From NCBI GenBank assembly GCA_963816145.1, contig CAWFJP010000009.1:32001-96000 (forward strand): a stretch of 64,000 nucleotides of DNA, given 5' to 3'. Positions 40,618 to 50,863 of this stretch are shown piece by piece. This DNA comes from an uncultured delta proteobacterium. GTDB taxonomy: Bacteria > Desulfobacterota > Binatia > UBA9968. The position numbers and the translations under genes are program-made. The notes beneath the pieces were generated by a model. It made no database searches and was not told where the DNA came from. It saw only the letters and a program-made list of their open reading frames with translations. Position 1 is the first letter of the stretch. Every line of letters starts with the position of its first letter.

Positions 40618-42501
40618 GTGACATCCAAAATTACCGCAATCTTGCGCGCTCGATCCTCCCAGCTGGCGGTTTTACTAACACTAGTTTTTTTCGTGACTGG
40701 ATGTAGCACGCCGATCGGCGTGGTCCGCGGTACAACCCAAGATGTTTATTACGCATTGACGGCAAACGTACTATCAGCGGGAGAACCCAGCAGCTTGTCG
40801 AAACAGGTCCTCCAGCGTACCAACATGGTCGAACGTTTCGACGCGGACGCGACAGCCGCGCTGGCTGAATTACATAAGTCGCTCGCGGCGCTCGTCGGCA
40901 ATGAGCTGGCAACTCAATATCGACTCTTTGCGCTTTCAGAGCTGTCCTTTTATCACGCGGAGCAGTCGGGAAAAAGTGAAGACTATCTTGCGTCAGCGAT
41001 TTATGCTTACGCCTTTCTCTTTCCTGAGGAAGGCGCGCCGCAGCTTGATCCTCTCGATCCGCGGGTGCGCCTAGCCGCGGATTTATATAATCTGGGTCTG
41101 GTCCGCGGCCTCGCCGCACCCGCCGGCGAAGAGGTCGTATTGCGAGAAGGCAAATTGTCGTTGCCCTTCGGCGAACTGGACTTGTCGGTGGATCAAAATA
41201 GTTTTCTATGGAGCGGTTTTCGATTCAATCGGTTCATCCCCGTGGGCGATTTTTTAGTCCGGGGCTTTAGCAACCGGTATCGCCAAGCCGGCATCGGCGC
41301 GCCACTGGCCGCCGAGTTGGAGCCGATTGGCTCCGGACCTGCCGCTGAAGAGGCGCGCAAGCGGATCCCGCCACGGTTAAAGGTGCCGGTGACAGCGATT
41401 GTGCAGATCCATGAACCGCGGCGCACGGTCGTTAGCGGAAAACTTAAAGGGAAGCTGGAAGTCTACGCCGCCGATCGCACCTCCACGGTCAAGATTGACG
41501 GGCGCGAAGTGCCACTGGAGCTCGAGCCAACTGCGGCACTCGCATATACGCTCGAGGGCTCGCCGGTCTGGGACTTCGAATTTGCCGGTTTCCGCTTTGC
41601 CGACAAACAGCAAATATTGGGCGACGGGCTGATTATGATGCAGCCTTATCGTCCAGGGCGTATCCCCGTCGTGCTGGTGCACGGCACGGCGTCGAGCCCG
41701 GCGCGTTGGGCCGATATGATCAATGAACTCACGCATGACCCTGTTATCGAAGGGCGTTATCAGTTCTGGTTATTTCAATACAACACGGGGCAGCCGATTC
41801 TCTACTCCGCGATGCTTTTCCGCCGCGCTCTCAATAATATTGTCAAGGAGCTAGACCCGCAAGGCAAAGACCCGGCGTTGCAGCAGATGGTTATCGCCGG
41901 TCACAGCCAGGGTGGTTTGTTGACCAAGCTCATGACTATTAAGAGCGGTAACCGTTTCTGGAAAAACGTTAGCGATGTGCCGTTCGATCAAGTAGAAATG
42001 CCATCGGAGACGCGGCAATTATTGCGTGAAGCTATGTTCTTTGATCCTGTCCCCACTGTGACAGAGGTGATTTTTATCGCGACGCCGCACCGCGGGAGCT
42101 ACCAGGCCAGCGGTTGGGTTGTTAATCTGGTCAGTCGGCTGATCAACCTTCCGGGTAACTTGTTTTCACAGCTTGGAGATCTGTTGGCGCAACCTGCTTT
42201 CGCTCAACTGCAATCGACCCGGCTGCCGACTTCCATCGACAATATGAGTCCCGGGCATCCGTTCCTGCGAGCGTTAAATGATCTTCCCATCGATCCTTCG
42301 ATATCCGCCCATTCGATCATCGCCGTGCTTGGTGAAGGACCTATAACCGGAAAAACCGACGGTGTGGTGGCTTACGAAAGCGCGCACATAGACGGTGTGG
42401 CTTCAGAGAAGGTCGTGCGCTCCGGCCACTCGACACAATCCCATCCTGAAACGATTATGGAAATGCGGCGAATACTGCGCGAGCATATCGGCGTCCGGTA
42501 A
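40618..42501 (+). CDS. Alpha/beta-hydrolase lipoprotein (esterase/lipase-like)
   Basis: Lipobox VTGC; VLVHGTASSP, GHSQGG, ATPHRGS, DGVV, GHS. Confidence 0.87.
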   Translation: MTSKITAILRARSSQLAVLLTLVFFVTGCSTPIGVVRGTTQDVYYALTANVLSAGEPSSLSKQVLQRTNMVERFDADATAALAELHKSLAALVGNELATQYRLFALSELSFYHAEQSGKSEDYLASAIYAYAFLFPEEGAPQLDPLDPRVRLAADLYNLGLVRGLAAPAGEEVVLREGKLSLPFGELDLSVDQNSFLWSGFRFNRFIPVGDFLVRGFSNRYRQAGIGAPLAAELEPIGSGPAAEEARKRIPPRLKVPVTAIVQIHEPRRTVVSGKLKGKLEVYAADRTSTVKIDGREVPLELEPTAALAYTLEGSPVWDFEFAGFRFADKQQILGDGLIMMQPYRPGRIPVVLVHGTASSPARWADMINELTHDPVIEGRYQFWLFQYNTGQPILYSAMLFRRALNNIVKELDPQGKDPALQQMVIAGHSQGGLLTKLMTIKSGNRFWKNVSDVPFDQVEMPSETRQLLREAMFFDPVPTVTEVIFIATPHRGSYQASGWVVNLVSRLINLPGNLFSQLGDLLAQPAFAQLQSTRLPTSIDNMSPGHPFLRALNDLPIDPSISAHSIIAVLGEGPITGKTDGVVAYESAHIDGVASEKVVRSGHSTQSHPETIMEMRRILREHIGVR

Positions 42502-42578
42502 GAGACCTTTTGGGCGTTGCGGTGAAACTTGGTTATCTCGAAGCGTCGCAATTGAAATTTGCGCGCATTCTTCGCGAT

Positions 42579-42710
42579 GAGGCTGTGTCGTAATGTGCAG
42601 ATGCCCCACATCGGTCATCCCGAGCGGAGCGAGGGGTCTCGTATTTTCGGCCACATACGAAGAAGAGATTCCTCGGCTTCACCTCGGAATGACAGTTGCG
42701 ACACAGTCTC
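42579..42710. mobile_element. 132-bp MITE copy 3 (TSD GAT)
   Basis: Same TIRs and length; GAT at 42576-42578 and 42711-42713. Confidence 0.88.
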
Positions 42711-42941
42711 GATACACGGAAGGGAAATTTGGACGCCGGTTCTTCATGACTCCGGCAATTCAACTTGTTATATCACCCCTCAGTCTAGTATGACGTTGCC
42801 ATCGGAAACCCGAGACCGAACGATCATGATTAACTGACGAAATGAATCGAAGAGTAAGAGTTCAAAATGTTCAAGCCGTTCAAAAAGTTCAAATCGTTTC
42901 GGAAAGACCGAGGTCGATGGATTCAACTGGTTACACCAATC

Positions 42942-43922
42942 ATGATGCGAATCACTGAAATCATCTTCGTGCTGTTCGTGCTGATGTCACAAACCGTTCA
43001 TGCCGCCGACAAGCTTCGGATCGGCTACTCTGGACTGAGCCCGGCGACGGCGATGCTGTGGGTGACGCAGGAAGGGAAGCTCTTCGAGAAAAACGGGCTC
43101 ACTCCCGAGGTACTGTTTCTGCGCAATAATCTTGGCCAGTCGGCGATGATCGCCGGCGAGATCGAGATGTGCAGTTACTCGGCGAGCCTGATGGCGCCGG
43201 CGCGCGTGCAAGGGGCGGATCTGGTAATGATCGTGAGCTTTCAACAAAAGCTCAACTACCGGCTGGTGGTCCGCCCAGAGATTCGCACGCTGGCGGATCT
43301 TAAAGGCAAGGTCCTCGGCGTGACCCGTTACGGCACGGTCAATGATGCGACCATGCGTCTACTGATCAATAAGCTCGGCCTCGATCCCGATCGCGATGTT
43401 AGATTGATTCAGGTCGGTGATTCGGCGCCGGTGGTCGCTACCTCGTTAATCGCCGGCAAGACTTTCGATGGCGCGCTGCTGCAGCCGCCCTACTACAACA
43501 AAGCGGTGGAGTCCGGGTTTCGCGTGTTCGCCAACATGGAAGAAATGGACATCCCTTTTCAACAGGTGGGCCTGAACACGACGCAGCGCTTGATTGCAAG
43601 AAGTCCGGATGTAGTTCGCCGCGTGGTCAAATCCATCATCGAAGGCGTGCAGCTCATTCGTAACAATCCCGGCGTTGCTAAGCGCGCCATCGCTCGCTAT
43701 ATGCAGATCAAGGATGAGAAAGTCTTGGAAGATTCCTATCAGCAGTTGAAAGGGACTGCGGAAATTAAACCCTATCCGTCCGCGGAGGGCTTCAAGACGA
43801 TCCTCGATGACTTGGCGAAAAAACTCCCGGCCGCGCGCACGGCCAACCCGCGCGAATTCATGGACGTGCATTTCATCCAGGAGTTGGATAAGTCGGGGTA
43901 TATAGACGGGCTGTATCGGTAA
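42942..43922 (+). CDS. NMT1/SsuA-like ABC substrate-binding protein
   Basis: Signal peptide ending VHA; WVTQEGKLFEKNGL, DLKGKVLGVTRYG; the ORF-track N-terminus is repeat-derived. Confidence 0.88.
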   Translation: MMRITEIIFVLFVLMSQTVHAADKLRIGYSGLSPATAMLWVTQEGKLFEKNGLTPEVLFLRNNLGQSAMIAGEIEMCSYSASLMAPARVQGADLVMIVSFQQKLNYRLVVRPEIRTLADLKGKVLGVTRYGTVNDATMRLLINKLGLDPDRDVRLIQVGDSAPVVATSLIAGKTFDGALLQPPYYNKAVESGFRVFANMEEMDIPFQQVGLNTTQRLIARSPDVVRRVVKSIIEGVQLIRNNPGVAKRAIARYMQIKDEKVLEDSYQQLKGTAEIKPYPSAEGFKTILDDLAKKLPAARTANPREFMDVHFIQELDKSGYIDGLYR

Positions 43923-44066
43923 TCTAGATTCGGTGAATTCCGGCACTTCCTCAAACCCGACAGAACCGCGGCTGTCTCTATTATGATCATCGACAGCGAG
44001 ACGCGAATAATGGTAAGTTTTTTGCGCATGCAGTGACCTTCAGGGTATCGATATAGGAGCAAGACT

Positions 44067-45324
44067 ATGACCAGATATTTTCTTACGTCCATTTTGGGAC
44101 TCTATCTCGTGTCGATGGCGCCGGTGGCTCATGGTGCTCAGGCGCCGGTGCAGTTGCCGGACGGGGAGGGCAAGCCGCACGTGCAAGGCTTGTGTGCGAC
44201 ATGTCACGAGCTCAACCTGATACCGCGGAGTTCGGGATATACGCGCGCCGGCTGGCGAGAGTTGATCGGCAATATGATCAATATCGCCGGCACGCCGGCC
44301 GAGGATGCCATCACGCAGTATCTGGCGACTCACTTTCCACCTAACACGAATTTGCAACCGAAGTTGGTACCGGGTCCCATCTCGATAAGTTTTCGCGAAT
44401 GGAAAGTACCCCAGCTCGGCCAACGCGCCCGCGACCCGGTGCAGAGCTGCCGATGGTTCGATCTGGTATTGCGGGCAGTTCGGCAACGTGGTCGGACGGA
44501 TCAATCCGAAAACCGGCGAAGTTTGGGAGTACACATTGCCGGACAAAGCGCTGCCGCACAGCGTCACGCCGGATCGTGATGGGAATATTTGGTACACCGG
44601 CAACGGCAACGGTACCATTGGCAAACTCGATCCGAAGACGGGAGCAATCACTGAATACAAGATGCCCGATCCCAATGCCAAAGATCCCCACACAGCGGAA
44701 TTCGATCAGAAGGGCCGAATGTTTTTCACGCTGCAGGTGAGCAACATGATCGGTCGCTTGATTCCAGCCACCGGTGAAATCAAGTTGGTGACGCTGGCGC
44801 GGAAAAATTCTCGTCCCTACGGCATCAAGGTGGCCCGCGACGGCTCGCTCTGGGTCTCGTGCAACGGCAGCAATTGTGTGCTCAATGTCGATCCGGAAAC
44901 GTTGGCGGTCAAGGAATTCAATTTGCCCGAAGGGACGACTGTACGCCGCCTCGATCTCGCGGACGATGGCATGATCTGGTACGTCAATTCCGGTTTGGGG
45001 CGACTCGGTCGCTTGGACCCGAAGACCGGACAGTACAAAGAGTGGGCGTCGCCCAGCGGCCCGAAGTCTCATCCCTACGCCATCGCGGTTGTCGACGGCG
45101 TCGTCTGGTATAACGAGTCGACGCAGCGTCCTGACGCGATCGTGCGCTTCGACCCTGCCATGGAAAAATTCCAAAGCTGGCCGATTCCGTCGGGAAGTAT
45201 CTACGGCGGCATCTTGCGACATATGCGGCCGACGCGAGACGGTAATCTGCTGATCCATCAGACCAGTACCAATCGGATTTACGAAGTAAATGTGAAGGCA
45301 GGGACGCGGCGGGTATCGAATTAG
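44067..45324 (+). CDS. Cytochrome c - virginiamycin B lyase (Vgb)-like beta-propeller fusion, +1 frameshift near 44445
   Basis: Signal peptide, CATCH heme motif; removing one base gives RDPVQAADGSIWY joined to repeated DG.IW / GRLDPKTG blades. Confidence 0.8.
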
Positions 45325-45559
45325 CGGCGGATGGGAATGACATTGGGTGGCGGATGATCGAATAATAATGGGCTGATCGTAGCCGTGCCGTCGTTATCCC
45401 GCCATCCCAATGCCAATCAGCTTTAAGGATTTCAAAGCCATTGGGGCGGTGCGAGCGGTAATACGTTGGAGAAAGCGCGGCATTTTCAGCCAGTCTAGTT
45501 GGCGGTGTCTGCTATTCGGTTTGCCGCCATTATTGCGATTAAGCTGAGGAAGGATAACC

Positions 45560-46621
45560 GTGGGTGCGATTGACGCCGATGCGCATGTGATCGAGACCGT
45601 TCAGACCTGGAGTTATCTGGAAGGGGACGAGCGCCGTTTTACGCCGCAACTGATGACCCAGTCTTTCGGCGCGGAGTTGCTCAGCAACGAAGGAGATGCC
45701 GTGCGCGATTTTTGGGTGATCGAAGGACGCGCCCATGGCAAGGACCGCAATGTCGGCACCAACACCACCAAAGAATCGCGCGAGATGCTCAGCGTCGAGG
45801 CGCGGCTGGCGCATATGGACAAACTCGCCATCGAAGTTCAGGTGCTTTACCCGACGCTGTTTTTGCGGCCCATCGTGCAGGATGGCGAGCGCGAGCGGGC
45901 GCTGTGCAAATCTTATAACCGCTGGATGGGCGAGCTTTGGCGCCAGGGCCACGGCCGGCTGCGCTGGGTCGCCAAGCCGCCGCTGCAATATTTGGAAAAA
46001 TCACCGGCGGTCGTGCGCAACGAATTGGAGTGGGCCAAGCGGAACGGAGCCTGTGGCATCTTCATGCGCGGATTGGAGTGCGAGCGCGCCCTCGGTCACC
46101 CCTTTTTCTATCCGCTCTGGGAGATGTCGGCGGATCTCGATTTGCCGGTGTGCGTCCACTCGGCCAACGGCAGTTTCCTGCACCATGATTTTTTCGCCGA
46201 TGACACCAGCTTTACCAAATTCAAGCTCGCCGTCGTCGGCGCATTTCACACGCTCATGGAAAAACAGCTGGCGAAAAAATTCCCCAAGGTCCGCTGGGGT
46301 TTCGTCGAGGTCAGCGCCCAGTGGGTGCCCTATGTGCTCAATGATATGGCCGATCGCTACCGGCGCCAAGGCAAGGCCTTTCCCAATGATGCTCTCGCGG
46401 TCAACAACATGTGGGTCGCCTGCGAAAATAAAGACGATCTCCCGTACGTGTTGAGCTACGCGGGGGAGGATCGTTTGATGATCGGCACCGACTACGGCCA
46501 CCACGATCCATCGACGGAGCTCAACGCGGTGCATCTGCTGCGCAACGACAAGCGCTTGTCAGCCGATGTGGTGCAGCAAATTCTTGAGACCAATCCGCGC
46601 AAGTTTTACGGACTGGCGTGA
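45560..46621 (+). CDS. Amidohydrolase_2 family protein
   Basis: IDADAH, QVLYPT, PVCVH, GTDYGHHD. Confidence 0.9.
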   Translation: MGAIDADAHVIETVQTWSYLEGDERRFTPQLMTQSFGAELLSNEGDAVRDFWVIEGRAHGKDRNVGTNTTKESREMLSVEARLAHMDKLAIEVQVLYPTLFLRPIVQDGERERALCKSYNRWMGELWRQGHGRLRWVAKPPLQYLEKSPAVVRNELEWAKRNGACGIFMRGLECERALGHPFFYPLWEMSADLDLPVCVHSANGSFLHHDFFADDTSFTKFKLAVVGAFHTLMEKQLAKKFPKVRWGFVEVSAQWVPYVLNDMADRYRRQGKAFPNDALAVNNMWVACENKDDLPYVLSYAGEDRLMIGTDYGHHDPSTELNAVHLLRNDKRLSADVVQQILETNPRKFYGLA

Positions 46622-46672
46622 CGGTCAATTAGCTCGGAAGCGGGTGTAAGACGATGACGCGCGCGGCATCCG

Positions 46673-47620
46673 TCACGCCGAGCGCAGCGGCGTTTGGGCG
46701 GCGTTGTTTCCTTCCTTGCGAATCACATTCATGGCCAGGGCGATCATCGAGCCGACGTCGCTCAAGGTTGCCGGCAGAATCAGGGTGTTGCCTTGCTGGG
46801 CGAGTTTGCCGAACTGCGTGAGGTAATTGTCTGCCACGCGCAACTGCACGGCTTCGAAACCGCCTGGTTGTTGAATCGCCTCGGCAACTTTGCGGATACC
46901 GTTGGCGGTGGCGTCGGCGATGGACAGAATGGCTGCCGCTTCGCCTTCGGCCTCATTGATCTGTTGCTGCTTTTTTGCTTCCGACGCCTTGATGACTTGC
47001 TGCTTGTCGCCCTCGGCGCTGTTGATCGCCGCGTCCCGTTGGCCTTCGGAGGTTAGGATCAGGGCGCGCTTTTCGCGCTCGGCGCGCATCTGCTTTTCCA
47101 TCGCGGCCAAGATATCCTGCGGCGGTGTAATGTTTTTGATTTCGTAGCGCATCACTTTGATGCCCCAGGGCTCCGAAGCCTTGTCCAGTTCGCTGACCAC
47201 CTGGATGTTGATGTTGCTGCGTTCCTCGAAGGTACGATCGAGTTCGATTTTGCCCAACTCGCTGCGCAAAGTCGTTTGAGCGAGCTGGGTGATGCCGAAC
47301 GTATAATCGCCGATGCCGTAGGATGCGCGTTCGGGGTTGAGCACTTTGAGATAGAGCACGCCGTCCACGGACACTTGGACGTTGTCCCGGGTGATGCAGA
47401 CTTGCGGCGGGATATCGATGGCCTGCTCTTTCAATGAATGCTTGTAGCGAACGACATCGAAAAACGGCACGAGAATGTGAAATCCGGCGCCCAAAGAACC
47501 ACTGAACTTACCCAATCGCTCGACCACGTAAGCGCTTTGCTGGGGTACGACGACGGCGGTTTTGGCGACGATTATGATGATGAGCAAGGCCAGGACGACG
47601 ACAACAACGAACCCACCCAT
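46673..47620 (-). CDS. SPFH/stomatin-like protein (QmcA/YbbK type)
   Basis: VVERLGKF, CITRDNV, LAQTTLRS, AMEKQMRAEREKRA. Confidence 0.93.
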   Translation of the reverse strand: MGGFVVVVVLALLIIIIVAKTAVVVPQQSAYVVERLGKFSGSLGAGFHILVPFFDVVRYKHSLKEQAIDIPPQVCITRDNVQVSVDGVLYLKVLNPERASYGIGDYTFGITQLAQTTLRSELGKIELDRTFEERSNINIQVVSELDKASEPWGIKVMRYEIKNITPPQDILAAMEKQMRAEREKRALILTSEGQRDAAINSAEGDKQQVIKASEAKKQQQINEAEGEAAAILSIADATANGIRKVAEAIQQPGGFEAVQLRVADNYLTQFGKLAQQGNTLILPATLSDVGSMIALAMNVIRKEGNNAAQTPLRSA

Positions 47621-47635
47621 TGAAACCTCCATCGC

Positions 47636-48070
47636 TCAGCGATTCTCCGCACGGACAAAGAGAGTCAACCCTTCGACCCGTTCGACCAAGCAGCGCCCGC
47701 CGGTGGACAGCGCGGTTGCGCCAATATTGCGCGCGCTCCACGAGGTGCCGCGTAATTCGACTTTGCCGACGCCGTTCACGGCGATCTCGTCGACCACATG
47801 GGCGGTCTCGCCGATGAAGCTGTCGACCGGAACCTGCGCTTTTCCTTGAAACGTTTGCATTAACTTTTCGCGAAATAGCCAAAGCGCACACACGGAAATG
47901 ACGGAGAATAGCAAAACTTGCAGCCAAGCCGGGCCGGTGACATCGGCGAGCGCCAAAAGTCCGACGATTAGCCCGCCAATGCCGAAGAAGAGCAGGTAAA
48001 AGCCGCCCGGAGTGACGACTTCAGCGAAGACCAGCAACAAGCCGATTAGAATCCAGATCCACCAACTCAT
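47636..48070 (-). CDS. NfeD-like protein (YbbJ type)
   Basis: WWIW..GL.L..AE, C-terminal OB fold GKVELRGTSWSA; adjacent to the SPFH gene. Confidence 0.9.
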   Translation of the reverse strand: MSWWIWILIGLLLVFAEVVTPGGFYLLFFGIGGLIVGLLALADVTGPAWLQVLLFSVISVCALWLFREKLMQTFQGKAQVPVDSFIGETAHVVDEIAVNGVGKVELRGTSWSARNIGATALSTGGRCLVERVEGLTLFVRAENR

Positions 48071-48281
48071 GGTTTGTGTCGACAAAATGTCGGCTGAACC
48101 TATCGAAGGTGACGAGGTTTTTCAAGGAAACTTTCTCAAAAATCGCGGCAACCTGCGGTCGGGAAGCTGCAGGATTCGCTGCGATCCCGGCAAGACCAGC
48201 AGCTCGGCACCCTGACGAAACCGGCGACATTGCCCAAGGGCGCATTGAGTCACCCTGCGGTGATGGGGTTTGGCGGCGTTT

Positions 48282-49544
48282 TCAATCGCTTTTTAACCGG
48301 CGGTGTTCGTCCTTGCGGCAGAGCGACAGGATAAACGCCGCGCAGCAGACCCCGGCGGCGCTGAGGAAAACGTCCTGAAGCGCCGGCAGCATTCCACTGA
48401 TAGCCACCGAGGATTTAATGGAAACTGGCACCGAATAGGACTGCTGACGCCGTTCGAAGAGCAGGCTCCAGCCGGTGGCGCCAAGGACGATGCCCAGGGG
48501 CCGCATCATGGCGGCGATGCTGCCGGCGACGCCTTGGTGCGAACGGGGGATGGAGCCCATGATAAAACTCATGTTGGGCGCTTCGAATATGCCGAGGCCC
48601 AAGCCGACGACTCCGAGAGCGAGAGCCAGCGAGAAATAGTCGGTTTGCCCATCCAAGCGGCTGAGCATCCACAGACCGAAACCTTGCACGGCCAGCCCCA
48701 GTGAACTGAGCCGCGCAGTGCCGATGCGGTCGGATAATTTTCCCGCCAGCGGCGCGGCGAGGATTGTCAGTAAGTATGTTGCCAGCATCAGCGTCCCACC
48801 GGTGGTGGCGGGATAGCGCAGCACGTTGATCACGTAATACGGCAGCAATAGACCGATGGCGAATCTGGCGCAGTTGGCCAGCACCGAAAGAAAGTTGGCG
48901 ATGATGAACGGTGGTAGGTGCGCAACGCTCAATACCGCCCAGGGCGGCTTGCCGCGTTGCCCCGTGCTCGGTTGCTCGCGCGTGGGAAGTTTGAAGGCCG
49001 CTAGCGCAGCGAGCAACACCGCGGGGGCCACTCTGAACAAGAAAGTGGCCCGCCAACCAAAGATGTCGATGAGCATGCCGCCGAGTAACGGACCGACGGC
49101 ATAGCCGACGGCGTTGCACATTTGATAGATTCCCAGCGCCCGGCCGCGGCTCTCAGCACTGACCGTCAAAGTGACTAACGCAGGAGCGGTGGCGAAAACG
49201 AGCGCGGCACCCGCGCCCTGGATGATTCTTCCGACGACGAGCCAGGCAAAGGTCGGCGCGATGCCGCAACAGGTAAACCCAACGGCACTTACTAACAATC
49301 CGTAGGCCAACAAGCGGTCGTGACCCCAGCGGTCGGCAAGGGCGCCACAGACGATCAGCAAGCTCGCATGGGTCAGCACATAGCCGACGATGACCCATTG
49401 GATCGCTGTGACCTCGAGAGAAAATGCCACGGTGATCGCCGGAAAGCCGATGTTGATGGCGCTATCGAGAGAACCTAACAGCGCGCTGAGACAGGCGATG
49501 ACGACTGACATTTGCCAGAGCGGCGAGCGACGGTCCTTTTTCAA
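48282..49544 (-). CDS. MFS transporter (drug:H+ antiporter-like)
   Basis: LDSAINIGFPAI, GALADRWG, GRIIQGAG, GKLSDRIG. Confidence 0.9.
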   Translation of the reverse strand: MKKDRRSPLWQMSVVIACLSALLGSLDSAINIGFPAITVAFSLEVTAIQWVIVGYVLTHASLLIVCGALADRWGHDRLLAYGLLVSAVGFTCCGIAPTFAWLVVGRIIQGAGAALVFATAPALVTLTVSAESRGRALGIYQMCNAVGYAVGPLLGGMLIDIFGWRATFLFRVAPAVLLAALAAFKLPTREQPSTGQRGKPPWAVLSVAHLPPFIIANFLSVLANCARFAIGLLLPYYVINVLRYPATTGGTLMLATYLLTILAAPLAGKLSDRIGTARLSSLGLAVQGFGLWMLSRLDGQTDYFSLALALGVVGLGLGIFEAPNMSFIMGSIPRSHQGVAGSIAAMMRPLGIVLGATGWSLLFERRQQSYSVPVSIKSSVAISGMLPALQDVFLSAAGVCCAAFILSLCRKDEHRRLKSD

Positions 49545-49680
49545 GAAACATCCTGGGGCAGGTCTTCTTTCGGATTATTCACCACAGAGACGCAGAGACG
49601 CAGAGAACGCAGAGAAAATAAATTGCTCCCTTCCTCTGTGACCTCAGGGCCTCTGCGGTGCAAACTCCGAAGCTTTCGTT

Positions 49681-50778
49681 TCAGATCTGATAAAACTGCC
49701 GAGGATTGTCGCACAAGATCTTTTCGATCAATGCCGGGGCGACATCTTCACGCGACTGCATCTGCTTGACCAGTTGGGCTTGCTCGGCGGGATCGTTGTG
49801 GCCGTAGTCGGAACCGCTGATCAGGTGATCGGCGCCGGCGTATTCGATCAAGTAGTTCAAATCCTCATCGGCTTCGCAGGCGACGTAAAAGCGGCAGTCG
49901 TCGAACAAATCCCGCGGCGATTTCCACGATGTTTTCCAACGCTTGGTATTGTCCCGTTTCAGTTTGTGAATCAAGAATGGGATCCAGCTTGCCGAAGCTT
50001 CGAGAAAGCCGAAGCGTAGCTTCGGAAACATGTCGGGGATCCGGTTCAGCACGAGATCGCGGAACGCGTGCAGCGGCGGAAACGCCGAGTGGGACCACTG
50101 GCGGTTGCGTTCGAGGTCGAACATGGCGCTGATCGCCGGCGTGCTCGATCCGGTGTGGACGCAGATCGGCAGGTCGAGGTCGCTGGCGGCTTGGTAGGTA
50201 GGGTGGAACCGTGGGTTGTCGAGCGTGTATTCGCCTTCCATACCACGGAAGAATACGCCGACGGCGCCGTTCTGTTTGGCCCACTGTAATTCTTTGACCG
50301 ACTCGGCGATGTCGCGCAGCGGCGGTATCGCCACCCAATGAATGCGACCGTTACTCCGGGCGCAGGCTTGGGCGATGAAGCGGTTGTAAGCGCGGCTGAG
50401 CGCGACGTCGAGTTCGGGATCGTCGGTGAGGTAGACCAGAAACAGCGTCGGGTAGACGACCTGAGTGGCAATGCCGAGGCGGTCCATGTCGGCTAGCCGG
50501 CTGGGGATGTCGGTCATGTCGCGGCAGGCGACAGTCAAGTCTTTGCGATTGGATTGGATCTTCGACGCCGACGGCGTGATCAAGCGGAAGCCGCCTTTGC
50601 CGGCCGGCTTGGGAAAAATATTACCGTCGATGAGCCAGGTCTTGTTCCAGTTGCCGTAGAGAGTATTGTCCGGCAGCGACAGCAGCACGGGACGGCGGCC
50701 GTACATTTCTTTATCAAACATCGCCCACATCTCTTCGGATTCAGAAATGTGAGTATCGGCGTCGATGATCGGTTGCAT
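49681..50778 (-). CDS. Amidohydrolase_2 family protein
   Basis: IIDADTH, QVVYPT, PICVHTG, GSDYGHND; paralogue of 45560. Confidence 0.9.
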   Translation of the reverse strand: MQPIIDADTHISESEEMWAMFDKEMYGRRPVLLSLPDNTLYGNWNKTWLIDGNIFPKPAGKGGFRLITPSASKIQSNRKDLTVACRDMTDIPSRLADMDRLGIATQVVYPTLFLVYLTDDPELDVALSRAYNRFIAQACARSNGRIHWVAIPPLRDIAESVKELQWAKQNGAVGVFFRGMEGEYTLDNPRFHPTYQAASDLDLPICVHTGSSTPAISAMFDLERNRQWSHSAFPPLHAFRDLVLNRIPDMFPKLRFGFLEASASWIPFLIHKLKRDNTKRWKTSWKSPRDLFDDCRFYVACEADEDLNYLIEYAGADHLISGSDYGHNDPAEQAQLVKQMQSREDVAPALIEKILCDNPRQFYQI

Positions 50779-50863
50779 AAAAACCTCCGGTTTGTTTTGG
50801 TTTGGCGTCTAGGGTTGGATTCGAGAACGCTAGACGCCAGACTCTAGACTCTAAACGAAACAT

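Noticed and set aside
44488-45324. Streptogramin resistance gene vgb
   Set aside because: Only fold-level similarity; it is fused to an exported cytochrome c.
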